From Octopus bimaculoides (lineage: Eukaryota): a DNA stretch of 62,014 bases. The notes beneath the pieces were generated by a model that did not search any database, had not been told where the DNA came from, and worked only from the letters and a program-made list of their open reading frames with translations. The DNA lies in contig NC_068981.1 in NCBI RefSeq assembly GCF_001194135.2, positions 98,669,776 through 98,731,789 on the forward strand. The letters are read 5' to 3'. Both the position numbers and the translations under genes were made by a program. Below, piece after piece: positions 61,924 to 62,014 of this stretch (the stretch's first letter is position 1; the number at the start of each line of letters is the position of its first letter).

Positions 61924-62014
61924 CAACAATAATGCTTTCCCTGCTTTTGAGATTGACTGCACCAAAGATTATGAGTTAAAAGTAAGATAGCTTTTAAACA
62001 CAAAATTTGCTCTT

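Noticed and set aside
57610-62014. Search for the next DGCR8 exon (rest of dsRBD2 and C-terminal tail)
   Set aside because: No phase-2 acceptor followed by a dsRBD-like frame was found; the exon is probably beyond the window or, less likely, in the 59446-60167 gap.

Overview
AT-rich animal genomic DNA from a gapped draft assembly with nine N-runs. The repeat families and microsatellite load suggest a cephalopod, probably Octopus (inference). The window holds one protein-coding gene on the + strand: DGCR8/Pasha, the RNA-binding subunit of Microprocessor. I reconstructed 11 phase-consistent GT-AG coding exons (21714-57609, 1610 nt, 536 codons + 2 nt). They encode an acidic N-terminus, the WW/heme-binding (Rhed) region with the IPCL cysteine, dsRBD1 and the start of dsRBD2. 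No further coding exon was found, so the 3' end probably lies beyond the window. The ~21 kb upstream of the ATG contains candidate non-coding 5'UTR exons. The best lead is a GC-richer, splice-site-bounded island at 11714-12161 that folds by hand into two adjacent pri-miRNA-like hairpins. This echoes the Drosha-cleaved autoregulatory hairpins known in mammalian DGCR8 and fly pasha mRNA, but with no sequence similarity I can recognise. The introns are stacked with transposons: RTE LINEs with a PHD-type finger inside ORF2, tRNA-derived SINEs, a Tc1 split by a solo LTR, two mariner fossils, a hAT element inside a LINE, an RT-less Gypsy element, piggyBac-type MITEs, and two long-inverted-repeat elements. 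All base-pairings were derived manually and need computational folding to confirm.
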